Assembly (NCBI GenBank): GCA_963681965.1
Contig: OY820579.1
Span: forward strand, 1,792,001 to 1,856,000
Direction of reading: 5' to 3'
DNA from: a bacterium
GTDB taxonomy: Bacteria > Electryoneota > JAOADG01
Length of the DNA: 64,000 bases
A program made the position numbers and the translations under genes. Position 1 is the stretch's first letter. Every line of letters starts with the position of its first letter. Below, piece after piece: positions 55,867 to 64,000 of the stretch. A model generated the notes under the pieces. It was not told the DNA's origin and searched no databases. It saw only the letters and a program-made list of their open reading frames with translations.

Positions 55867-56610
55867 ATGACGGAACCGCTCGTTTATTCTCGTTACCGTA
55901 ATCAGCTTGAGAATCTGCTCGCGGCTGACTATCGATTTCGTTCCTTTCCCGATTTTCTTGCAAATGGCGAGCAATCGCAGCCGACAATATTGTTGCGTCA
56001 CGACATCGATTTTGACATCGCTAAGGTTCGAAATCTAGCGGACATTGAAAGTGAAATGGGAATCGCATCGACTTTTTTCTTCATGATCCGAACACTGCAT
56101 TATAATGTTTTCTCACCCGAGGGATCACACGATATCGAGCACATATTATCGCAAGGTCACAACCTCGCACTCCATTTTGATTGTGCGGCATATTCCGCCG
56201 AATTCGCTGCCAATGAGATTGGCAAAGCCGTCAACAATGAAGCAGATTTGCTCGCAAATTGGTTCGGCAAACCGGTCGATATCGTCAGTTATCATCGACC
56301 GAGTCCGATTGTGATGACTGGCGATCCACAACTGTCTACACCACGACCGCATACTTACCAGAAAGTATTTACCGACTCAATCGTCTACCTGTCCGATTCG
56401 CGTGGACAATGGCGACACGGTTTTCCCGATACCACCGAATGGTTTACCGCTCGCAAATCGATGCAACTTCTGATGCATCCAATTTGGTGGAGCGACGAAC
56501 CAACATCTCCACAACAGTCTTTGGAGAAGTATCTCATGCAGACTTCAGAAATTTTGAGTGAATCGACTGCTCGCAATTGTACGATCTTCCAACAAAATCG
56601 CAGGGAATAA
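55867..56610 (+). CDS. Polysaccharide deacetylase-like (WbmS-like) protein
   Basis: LLRHDIDFD, STFFF, GHNLALHFD, SYHRP, YLSDSRGQW, QLLMHPIWW. Confidence 0.75.
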   Translation: MTEPLVYSRYRNQLENLLAADYRFRSFPDFLANGEQSQPTILLRHDIDFDIAKVRNLADIESEMGIASTFFFMIRTLHYNVFSPEGSHDIEHILSQGHNLALHFDCAAYSAEFAANEIGKAVNNEADLLANWFGKPVDIVSYHRPSPIVMTGDPQLSTPRPHTYQKVFTDSIVYLSDSRGQWRHGFPDTTEWFTARKSMQLLMHPIWWSDEPTSPQQSLEKYLMQTSEILSESTARNCTIFQQNRRE

Positions 56611-56623
56611 GTCCCGTCAGTGA

Positions 56624-56741
56624 TATAGTATCTCTTGAAAATAAGTTGTTAACGGTAGTAGGGGCGGACCCCCGCGTCCGCCCGCAGGTCAGGCGTAGCC
56701 TGACACCGAATCATAACAACTTATTTTCAAAAACCACTATA
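56624..56741. mobile_element. MITE-like element with terminal inverted repeats and two internal REP-like hairpins
   Basis: Left TATAGTATCTCTTGAAAATAAGTTGTTA versus right TAACAACTTATTTTCAAAAACCACTATA (24 of 28 positions complementary), TA at both ends. Internal GTAG-GGGCGGAC/GTCCGCCC and GCAG-GTCAGGC/GCCTGAC hairpins. Confidence 0.7.
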
Positions 56742-56752
56742 TTTCTAAAATA

Positions 56753-56783
56753 ATAAATGGCAGGTTGACAACCTGCCATTTAT
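56753..56783. terminator. Perfect palindrome between convergent genes (probable bidirectional terminator)
   Basis: ATAAATGGCAGGTTG-A-CAACCTGCCATTTAT. Confidence 0.75.
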
Positions 56784-56801
56784 CGTTCAATTATATCACT
56801 G

Positions 56802-58646
56802 CTAAGCTGCTTGAGCAGCACCTGGCGTCGTTTGTGGTGTGCCCCGTTTGAAAAATGTCTTCACTACCAGAATTACCACGCCGATAGAGAGCAAAAGCAT
56901 CGTAAGATCGGCAACGATTAACGCGTAATTTGCCTTCGCTAGATATTTCTGCAAGAGGATAATAAGCGATCCGAAGGTAGTTGCCAGCATGAATAGTGCT
57001 GGAATTAGTGTGAAGAAGAACTTCTTGCCGCGGGTTTTGAGCCAAGCTGAAACAGTTAACAACACTAGCGCTGCCAGCAATTGATTGGCGGTACCGAAAA
57101 TCGGCCAAAGAGTACTGAATGCATTGGAATAAGCAAAGATCCACATCAGGATGACCGATAATCCCGAATTAAACCAATAGTGCTTTAATAAATTTGGAAC
57201 TTTGGTAAACACGATGCTCCACAATTCTTCGAAGAGATACCGGTTTAACCGAACTGCTGCGTCTAATGTCGTGATCACGAAACCTTCGACCAATAAAATG
57301 CCGAATACTGTTCCCAATGCAATTGGAATCCCAAGCGCCTTATTGAACAGAGTACCTGCCGCTAATGAGAAACCCAGAATGGGATTCGATTTTACTGCTG
57401 GATCGGTCGGCCACACAATCGATTTATAATCGTTGAAGTTGATTGCCGATGCAACAGCGATCAACACGCAGATTGCCAACATCGACTCGAGAAGCATTGC
57501 ATTAAAACCAACTTTTCGCGCATCGCATTCGTTGGAAAGTTGCTTACCGGTTGTTCCCCCTGCAATCATCGAGTGAAATCCCGAGATCGCGCCGCAAGCA
57601 ATCGTGATAAACATCATCGGCCAAAGGTACCCTAAGTTTTTGGTTCCTTCCGCTAAATTTAACGATGGTGCTTGCACCTCCAGACCGCCGATACCAGAGA
57701 CAATGACTGAGACCGCCATCAATAAAATACCACCATACAGAATCTGGACATTGATGAAGTCGCGCGGTTGTAGTACCAGCCAGACTGGAATTCCAGCAGC
57801 AATCAATACATAGATAGACATGATAATCATCCACACTTCAGGAGTGAGGACAACCGGATAAGCAATTCCAATCAATACCGAGAGGATGCAAATCACCGAT
57901 GCTAGCAGATATGCGGGTAGTTGCTTCATCCCGCGTCGGAAGATCAGCCAACCGAGCAGAGGGGCAGTAAGCGTTATGATAATTACTGACGTCGATGCAA
58001 TACCACCAATACGTCCGCGAACCTCTTCTTTTTCGATGAACGCACCTTCCGTCTTACCAACTTCGTGCCCTTCGACAACGGTTCCTTCTGTCTGATTGAC
58101 GGGAATTTTAACTTTCACTGTTTCAGTGTGAAGAATTTTTGTCGCTTCGATACCGCCTAGTTTGTCAATCGGCCATTTCGACGTTAATGAGATCGCAGTT
58201 GCCGAGAGAAACGCCGAAGTAACGAGGACGATCATCACGATTGTCAGTGAAATGAACAACGTAAAACTGGTTTTCCCGAGAGATCGTCGAGCTACTTCCG
58301 CCATCGATTTTCCACCCTCGCGAATCGAAATAAAAAGCGAAGTGAAATCGTGTACGGCTCCAATCAAAACGCCACCAACGATAATCCACAACCATGCAGG
58401 AATGAAACCGTATAGCAACGCCATGGTTGGTCCCAATATTGGACCTGCACCGGCAATTGCCGAAAAGTGATGTGCAAATACGACGAATCGTTTGGTCGGG
58501 ACGTAATCGCGTCCATCGTTAAATTCTACCGCTGGAGTTTTTCGGGTGGGATCTTCTCCCAAGGCTTTGGCGATATACCTCGCATAGAAGCGGATTGCTA
58601 GAGCAAAGATTATGACTGCAATTGTAAGGAAAATTAAAATGTTCAT
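56802..58646 (-). CDS. cstA: Carbon starvation protein A family transporter
   Basis: TPAVEFNDGRDYVPT, HHFSAIAGAGPILGP, GAVHDF, TIACGAISGFHS, LWPIFGTANQLLA. Confidence 0.96.
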   Translation of the reverse strand: MNILIFLTIAVIIFALAIRFYARYIAKALGEDPTRKTPAVEFNDGRDYVPTKRFVVFAHHFSAIAGAGPILGPTMALLYGFIPAWLWIIVGGVLIGAVHDFTSLFISIREGGKSMAEVARRSLGKTSFTLFISLTIVMIVLVTSAFLSATAISLTSKWPIDKLGGIEATKILHTETVKVKIPVNQTEGTVVEGHEVGKTEGAFIEKEEVRGRIGGIASTSVIIITLTAPLLGWLIFRRGMKQLPAYLLASVICILSVLIGIAYPVVLTPEVWMIIMSIYVLIAAGIPVWLVLQPRDFINVQILYGGILLMAVSVIVSGIGGLEVQAPSLNLAEGTKNLGYLWPMMFITIACGAISGFHSMIAGGTTGKQLSNECDARKVGFNAMLLESMLAICVLIAVASAINFNDYKSIVWPTDPAVKSNPILGFSLAAGTLFNKALGIPIALGTVFGILLVEGFVITTLDAAVRLNRYLFEELWSIVFTKVPNLLKHYWFNSGLSVILMWIFAYSNAFSTLWPIFGTANQLLAALVLLTVSAWLKTRGKKFFFTLIPALFMLATTFGSLIILLQKYLAKANYALIVADLTMLLLSIGVVILVVKTFFKRGTPQTTPGAAQAA

Positions 58647-58883
58647 CGATCACCTATCATCGGTTAACGAATAGACTAATTGTTGTAAACAAAATCGTCC
58701 TCAGTATAATGTGGAGCGAGAGAAGCCGTATACAATGTGGTTACTGGGAACCTGTGCTGTCAAGGATTTATCAAAAATTCTCTATTATTTAGTGGATTGT
58801 ATAATTTGATCAAACCGGATTTTCGAGTTGATCTCTCATAAAAACACTCAAAATCACCGAAGAAGAAAAGCGGCTATTCAGAA

Positions 58884-59783
58884 TCACTTGACATAGTGCA
58901 ACTCGTCAACATGTTGTATCCACACCGGCACTCGACTTTTATGTAACAGCCGCTCGGTAGTAGATCCAAGAATCCATAATTCAAGTTTTTTATGTCGATG
59001 AGGACCAACTACTACCAAATCGATGTTAAATTCGTCGACCACTTCTAAAATTTGATGAGTTGGTTCACCCTCTGTAACAATAATCTCAAACGGCAATGAT
59101 TTCGGGATATACTGATCTGCCATATCGCTGATTTTGCTCTTCGCTTGTTCCATCGATTCCGATTCTACCGCCATAATCGGATCGGTATTCAATGGAGTGA
59201 ATGGCACTAGTAGTGACATTTCCACTGAATGGAGCAAAAATAGTTTTGAGTGCCACATCTCTGCCAATTCAACTGCTTGTTGCAAACCTGCCAGCGAGGT
59301 TTCAGTGAAATCCAGAGCAACCAGGATATTTTGCGGTACTCGAGCCTCCGCCAATAAGGGATCGTTCCCCCGTCCAACTGCCAATAACGGTTTTCGAAGT
59401 TCATGAATCATCGATTCAGTTACCGAACCCAGTAGAAAAGCCGAGATCCCACTCCGCCCGTGAGTTCCCATAATGATTAGATCGACGTCTTCTTCCGCTG
59501 CCGATTCCAAGATTGCATGGCTGATACTATCATCAGTGATAGAGAAACACTCACAGAGGATTTCGCGAGTAGGAGTTCGATTTAGCACATTGCTGACAAT
59601 ATTGATTGCTTCTTGAACAAATTCGTTCAATAATTGATTGCGATTGGATTGATTCGAACCAGTTTGTACGATCGTGATGGCGCGAATAAGCGAATTCGTG
59701 TGATAGGCGATTGCAGCCGCGTAACGAGCAGCACGTGCCGAAGGTTCGGAAAAATCGATCGGAAGCAATATTGTTCGCAACAT
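58884..59783 (-). CDS. Universal stress protein (tandem USP domains)
   Basis: ILLPIDFS...DLIIMGTHGRSG...LLGSVTE and ILVALDFT...DLVVVG...LGSTTE. Confidence 0.95.
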   Translation of the reverse strand: MLRTILLPIDFSEPSARAARYAAAIAYHTNSLIRAITIVQTGSNQSNRNQLLNEFVQEAINIVSNVLNRTPTREILCECFSITDDSISHAILESAAEEDVDLIIMGTHGRSGISAFLLGSVTESMIHELRKPLLAVGRGNDPLLAEARVPQNILVALDFTETSLAGLQQAVELAEMWHSKLFLLHSVEMSLLVPFTPLNTDPIMAVESESMEQAKSKISDMADQYIPKSLPFEIIVTEGEPTHQILEVVDEFNIDLVVVGPHRHKKLELWILGSTTERLLHKSRVPVWIQHVDELHYVK

Positions 59784-59843
59784 TTGTCCCCCAGAATGCT
59801 AACTAAACGTATTTGAGATTGACCGTTGGAACTTGAGGTAAGG

Positions 59844-60563
59844 ATGAATCGTAAAAAATCAGTTGATCTTAAATTGAAATCACATAGTGACAGTTGTAAA
59901 TCGAGTAATACATCACTGAATATAAATTCAGATTTGGAGAGAACGGAGCGGATTCTGTCTCTTCTCGTAAGTCATTATCAAACAACAGAATGCGCTTTAG
60001 TTTTCGATACTCCGTATCAACTGCTTGTCGCGACGATCTTATCGGCGCAGTGTACCGATATCATGGTCAATAAAACAACCCCGGCACTGTTTACAATCGC
60101 ACCGACTCCCGGTAAAATGGTGAAATTGTCGCAATCGAAACTTGAAACAATTATTCACGCCACAGGATTTTACTCAAATAAAGCCCGAAATATCCTGGCA
60201 ATGTCGCGATTACTGCTTGACCAGTTCAATGGTGAAATTCCTCGCTCGATGGCAGAACTAATTCAATTACCCGGTGTCGGTAGAAAAACGGCATCCGTTG
60301 TTTTAGGTGTCGCATTCGGAATCAGCGAAGGTATTGTAGTTGACACGCATGTTGGTCGAATCTCCCGGAGATTAGGATGGACACATTGGGATGATGCAAC
60401 TAAGATCGAGCAGGATTTAATGAAAATCATCCCGCAGGATCAGTGGATCGATTTCTCACACCGGATTATTCACCATGGTCGAACGCTATGTAACGCTCGA
60501 AAGCCGGATTGTGCCAATTGCTTTCTTGTTGAATTGTGTCCTTATCCTAGTTCAATTCAGTGA
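59844..60563 (+). CDS. nth: Endonuclease III
   Basis: LLVATILSAQCTD, HhH LPGVGRKTA, VDTHV, CNARKPDCANCFLVELC 4Fe-4S motif. The true start may be further downstream. Confidence 0.96.
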   Translation: MNRKKSVDLKLKSHSDSCKSSNTSLNINSDLERTERILSLLVSHYQTTECALVFDTPYQLLVATILSAQCTDIMVNKTTPALFTIAPTPGKMVKLSQSKLETIIHATGFYSNKARNILAMSRLLLDQFNGEIPRSMAELIQLPGVGRKTASVVLGVAFGISEGIVVDTHVGRISRRLGWTHWDDATKIEQDLMKIIPQDQWIDFSHRIIHHGRTLCNARKPDCANCFLVELCPYPSSIQ

Positions 60564-60569
60564 TTCAAT

Positions 60570-62759
60570 TTAGGACAGAAACAGCATTTCCTGATATTTC
60601 GGTAACGACCATAATTCATCGTCGACAATCACTTCCAACCGATCTGCAATATCGCGTGCAGCAGTCATGGCTGGTCGAACCTCTTCTTGGAACAATCGCG
60701 CGCACTCGCGCAGATTTTCCTTCGACTGGATCGCATTATTGAGTTTCACATCGAGGATATCAAGTGCTGTGAGAAACTCTTCTAGATTGTTCGCGACTTC
60801 GATTAAGAGTGAGGTTTGTTTTGTTGCTCTGAAATCACTCAGTATCGATGTTATGTGTTGAATGGATTTTGCCAGTCTGCTTTGATAAGTAACCACTGCC
60901 GGTACGATCTGAGTCTTTCCCATTTGAACGACTAGTGTAGCTTCGATCTGAAGTGTCTTCACGAAAGCTTCGAGATCGATATGAAATCGGCTTTCCAATT
61001 CCTCTTTCGTTAAAACACGGTGCTTCTCGAATAGTTCTACCGCTTTGTCGGTTATAAACGCCGGAGCTGCTTCGATAGTATTTCGTAAGTTTGGTAATCC
61101 CCTGCGTGCAGCCTCTTCGTGCCAAGCAATTGAGTAACCATCGCCATCGAAAATGATCGCTTGGTGATGGGTGAACAGTTCCCTGACAATTTCCTGAACT
61201 GACTCGAGAAAGTCCCGTCCTTCTGCATTCTTAATCTCAATACTATCGGCGATGAATTGAAACGAATCTGCCACGATCGTATTCAAAGCCATATTGGCGG
61301 TCGCAACCGATTGCGATGATCCCACAGCACGAAATTCGAATTTGTTGCCGGTAAATGCGAAAGGTGAAGTGCGATTGCGATCGCTATCGTGAGCAGGGAG
61401 GGGGGGGAGCATTGCAACCCCGATATCGAGATAGTCTTTTGGAACATTCTTTGACGACTTACCGGTAATGATAGCATGTACAACTTGATTCAGCATTTCA
61501 CCGAGATAGATACTGATGATTGCCGGAGGTGCTTCGTTAGCCCCAAGTCGATGATCGTTTGCTGGCGATGCAATCGCTGCTCGAAGGATATCGGCATGTA
61601 AATGAACGGCTCGCATTACTGCAGCAAGTACTACCAGGAATTGAGCATTGCTCTGCGGAGTGTTACCCGGATCAACCAGATTGTGACCTTCATTATCCTG
61701 AAGCGACCAATTATTATGTTTACCACTACCGTTGATTCGAGCAAATGGTTTTTCGTGTAATAGACATTCGAAACCGTGGCGGTGAGCAACAGTCTTCATC
61801 ACTGACATCGTCACCATATTGTGGTCGGTTGCTAGATTCATTTCCTCATACAACGGGGCAATTTCAAATTGCATCGGCGCGACTTCGTTATGTCGTGTGT
61901 TGACTGGAATACCGAGTTTGTAAAGTTCAAGTTCCAAATCTTGCATATATGCCAGAACGCGCTCTTTGATTGCACCGAAATAATGATCCTCTAATTCCTG
62001 TCCTTTCGGCGGTTTTGCACCGTAAAGTGTTCGACCGACTGCGACCAAATCGGGTCGTTGAACAAAAAAAGTTCGATCGATCAAAAAGTACTCTTGCTCA
62101 CACCCTAAATTAGCGTAAACCCTGTTAGCAGTATTGTTGCCGAATAACCGTAAGATGCGTAATGCTTGATTGTTCAGGGCTGATAACGACCGTAGCAATG
62201 GTGTTTTCTTATCGAGTGAATGACCACCCCATCCAATGAATACTGAGGGGATGCAGAGCGTTTTTCCATTCAAACCTTCCATGATAAATGCCGGACTGGT
62301 CGGATCCCATCCAGTGTAACCACGGGCTTCGAAAGTGGAACGAATTCCTCCCGAAGGAAAGCTTGAGGCATCCGGTTCGCCGCGCATCAGATCTTTGCCG
62401 GAAAATTCGGAAATTACACCGCCACCACCGATTGGGGTCAAGAACGCCTGGTGTTTTTCCGCAGTTGCACCGGTAAGAGGATGGAACCAATGAGAATAGT
62501 GTGAAGCACCATGTGACAACGCCCAGTCTTTCATCGTAGATGCAATGACGTCCGCAGTGGCAGGATCCAGCATTGCCCCTTCTTCGATGATACTTTTCAT
62601 GTGATCGTAAATCGGGCGAGGAAGGATCGAACGCATCGTCGCTAGTGAAAAAACATTAGTACCAAACAATTCATTCGGTATCGAAATGGTATTCATCGGT
62701 CGAACCCATTCCGAATGCTCTTGGTTAATTGATACTCGATGATGTCGTGTAGAACCCAT
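60570..62759 (-). CDS. glnN: Glutamine synthetase type III
   Basis: HWFHPLTGATAEKH, GEPDASSFPSGG, EQEYFL, HNEVAP, NGSGKHNNWS, RLGANEAPP, DRNRTSPFAFTGNKFEFR; about 730 aa. Confidence 0.96.
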   Translation of the reverse strand: MGSTRHHRVSINQEHSEWVRPMNTISIPNELFGTNVFSLATMRSILPRPIYDHMKSIIEEGAMLDPATADVIASTMKDWALSHGASHYSHWFHPLTGATAEKHQAFLTPIGGGGVISEFSGKDLMRGEPDASSFPSGGIRSTFEARGYTGWDPTSPAFIMEGLNGKTLCIPSVFIGWGGHSLDKKTPLLRSLSALNNQALRILRLFGNNTANRVYANLGCEQEYFLIDRTFFVQRPDLVAVGRTLYGAKPPKGQELEDHYFGAIKERVLAYMQDLELELYKLGIPVNTRHNEVAPMQFEIAPLYEEMNLATDHNMVTMSVMKTVAHRHGFECLLHEKPFARINGSGKHNNWSLQDNEGHNLVDPGNTPQSNAQFLVVLAAVMRAVHLHADILRAAIASPANDHRLGANEAPPAIISIYLGEMLNQVVHAIITGKSSKNVPKDYLDIGVAMLPPLPAHDSDRNRTSPFAFTGNKFEFRAVGSSQSVATANMALNTIVADSFQFIADSIEIKNAEGRDFLESVQEIVRELFTHHQAIIFDGDGYSIAWHEEAARRGLPNLRNTIEAAPAFITDKAVELFEKHRVLTKEELESRFHIDLEAFVKTLQIEATLVVQMGKTQIVPAVVTYQSRLAKSIQHITSILSDFRATKQTSLLIEVANNLEEFLTALDILDVKLNNAIQSKENLRECARLFQEEVRPAMTAARDIADRLEVIVDDELWSLPKYQEMLFLS

Positions 62760-62977
62760 GTTTACCTCTATCGATTTAAGTAGATTTTCTAGATAATATG
62801 ATTTCGTGTTCTGTTATAGAGTACGAGAAGAATAATTTGGGTTGTACTTTTAGCTGTAAGTTTGTGAATATTTAGTCAAACTACCCATTTCCAATCCTTA
62901 TCGATTAATATCAGCATTTTCATATTCCCCACATTTCGTGTAAATTGTTGCTAATGATTGATAAGATGGGATTCGAA

Positions 62978-63658
62978 ATGAATGCACTGATTATTTTAGG
63001 TAGTCCTAGTGGTTTGGATTCGGCATCGGCTCGATTGGCATTGAATTTTGCCAACGGGTTAAAAGATGGCGATTATGAAGTGAACGTCGAAGTATTGGCA
63101 GACAAGCCGATAAACCATTGTCGCGGATGTAAAGCCTGCTGGCTTAATTCACCTGAAAAATGTGCTCAATCCGACGAAATGACTAAAATCCTCGGTTTGA
63201 TGCGAACTGCCGATCTGATTGTATTAGCGACACCGTTGTACTATTTCAGTGTGCCCGGTCGGGTTAAAGATTTTATCGATCGTCAACTTCCACTCAATTA
63301 TGGGTCTTTCCTCAAAGCGATCGGGAAGATACCACTCGATACACCTGTCTGGCCTGAACAGAAAAAAATCATATTGATTTCGCCTTGTGGATTTCCCGGT
63401 GAAAACAACTTTGATGCACTGACGTTAATGATGAAAAAGATTTACGGTAGTGCTTTCGTTGAACAATTTCTGGTGCCCTCTGCTGGATCGCTATCAAACG
63501 ATCACGATCAATCAAAACACCAAGAAATTTATCAACTTATGCGGAGTGTTGGGACTGAATTTGCGAAACATGGTGCGATCTCGCCAGCATCTCGAGACCA
63601 ATTTGGTCGAACAATTGCCACATTGAGTGTAAATCGAATGGTAAATCTCCCTGCGTAA
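62978..63658 (+). CDS. Iron-sulfur flavoprotein / flavodoxin family (NADPH-dependent FMN reductase-like)
   Basis: ILGSP, CRGCKAC...C, ADLIVLATPLYY, KDFIDR, CGFPG. Confidence 0.9.
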   Translation: MNALIILGSPSGLDSASARLALNFANGLKDGDYEVNVEVLADKPINHCRGCKACWLNSPEKCAQSDEMTKILGLMRTADLIVLATPLYYFSVPGRVKDFIDRQLPLNYGSFLKAIGKIPLDTPVWPEQKKIILISPCGFPGENNFDALTLMMKKIYGSAFVEQFLVPSAGSLSNDHDQSKHQEIYQLMRSVGTEFAKHGAISPASRDQFGRTIATLSVNRMVNLPA

Positions 63659-63842
63659 TTCGTACTGTATTTCACACTCTAAATATTTACGTATAACCTA
63701 ATTGGAAATCGTGTCGCAATTGCGATAATCACTGAGTGATCTGCGGATCTCCTCACTGAGTAGTCTCGACTCAAGTTTGAGATCACAATTCATTAGCATT
63801 ACCTTTAAGACTATTGATTCCCTATAAAACGAGGAGTTATTG

Positions 63843-64000
63843 ATGGGTTTGAATTTAACTCAAAAGATTGTAAAAGAACATTTAATCGAAGGGGACTGGA
63901 CAAAACCGGGATCTCCTATTGCGATTCGAATCGATCAGACCTTAACACAGGATGCCACCGGAACGATGGCATATTTGCAATTTGAAGCCCTTGATCTTCC
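63843..64000 (+). CDS. Aconitate hydratase, 5' end (truncated by window edge)
   Basis: Not in the ORF track. After GAGGAG it reads MGLNLTQKIVKEHLIEGDWTKPGSPIAIRIDQTLTQDATGTMAYLQFEALDL; QDATG is an aconitase-family motif. Confidence 0.88.
   Translation, partial: MGLNLTQKIVKEHLIEGDWTKPGSPIAIRIDQTLTQDATGTMAYLQFEALDL

Noticed and set aside
58706-58740. Direct repeat TA(T/C)AATGTGG upstream of cstA as a LytTR-type site
   Set aside because: The 25-bp period differs from the usual roughly two helical turns, there are only two copies, and no regulator is nearby.
62862-62879. TTGTGAA-TATT-TAGTCAA as a Rex operator between glnN and the flavoprotein gene
   Set aside because: The right half-site has three mismatches to TTCACAA in an AT-rich region.
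1-64000. CRISPR arrays, DGR template/variable repeats, prophage, integrase, transposase or defence genes
   Set aside because: No regularly spaced repeats, reverse transcriptase, Cas, phage or recombinase motifs were seen by eye. Weak dispersed repeats could have been missed without a self-alignment.

Overview
This is a gene-dense, almost entirely plus-strand chromosomal segment with about 52 CDS, two of them cut by the window edges. I saw no rRNA, tRNA, CRISPR array or transposase. The host is a diderm bacterium that I infer to be a non-Bacteroidota member of the FCB superphylum: it has PorU/PorV and DUF2723 genes, but also Shine-Dalgarno RBSs, TTGACA-type promoters and one sigma-28-like promoter. 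In order, the window holds: (1) a glycosylation cluster with a TMEM260/DUF2723-like protein, two GT2s, a methyltransferase, an RmlD-like reductase and a polyprenol-phosphate-mannose synthase, running into accA and a thioesterase; (2) a promoter- and terminator-bounded six-gene envelope operon with porU, porV, a catalytically dead M6-like T9SS cargo protein, a zincin/beta-propeller/Omp85 fusion and two DUF5683-like paralogs; (3) housekeeping and metabolic genes (dNK, mce, a Met/Cys gamma-lyase, uvrC); (4) a monocistronic small ORF behind a sigma-28-like promoter; (5) a TPAT-type TRAP transporter with TPR-DUF3108 and a FabK-like gene; (6) rfbB, a priming-transferase homolog lacking its catalytic domain, serS, an aldolase, a YbbR-like gene, tsaD and a VWA protein; (7) a MASE1 sensor, a B12 radical SAM enzyme, recR, nifJ with a DHOD-like partner, a GGR-like oxidoreductase and a deacetylase; (8) a 118-bp MITE carrying REP-like hairpins; and (9) cstA, usp, nth, type III glutamine synthetase, a flavoprotein and the start of an aconitase. 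The best candidates for an undescribed system are the porU-porV/pseudo-protease/peptidase-Omp85 operon and the adjacent putative protein O-mannosylation locus. All family assignments come from reading motifs by eye; no database search was run.
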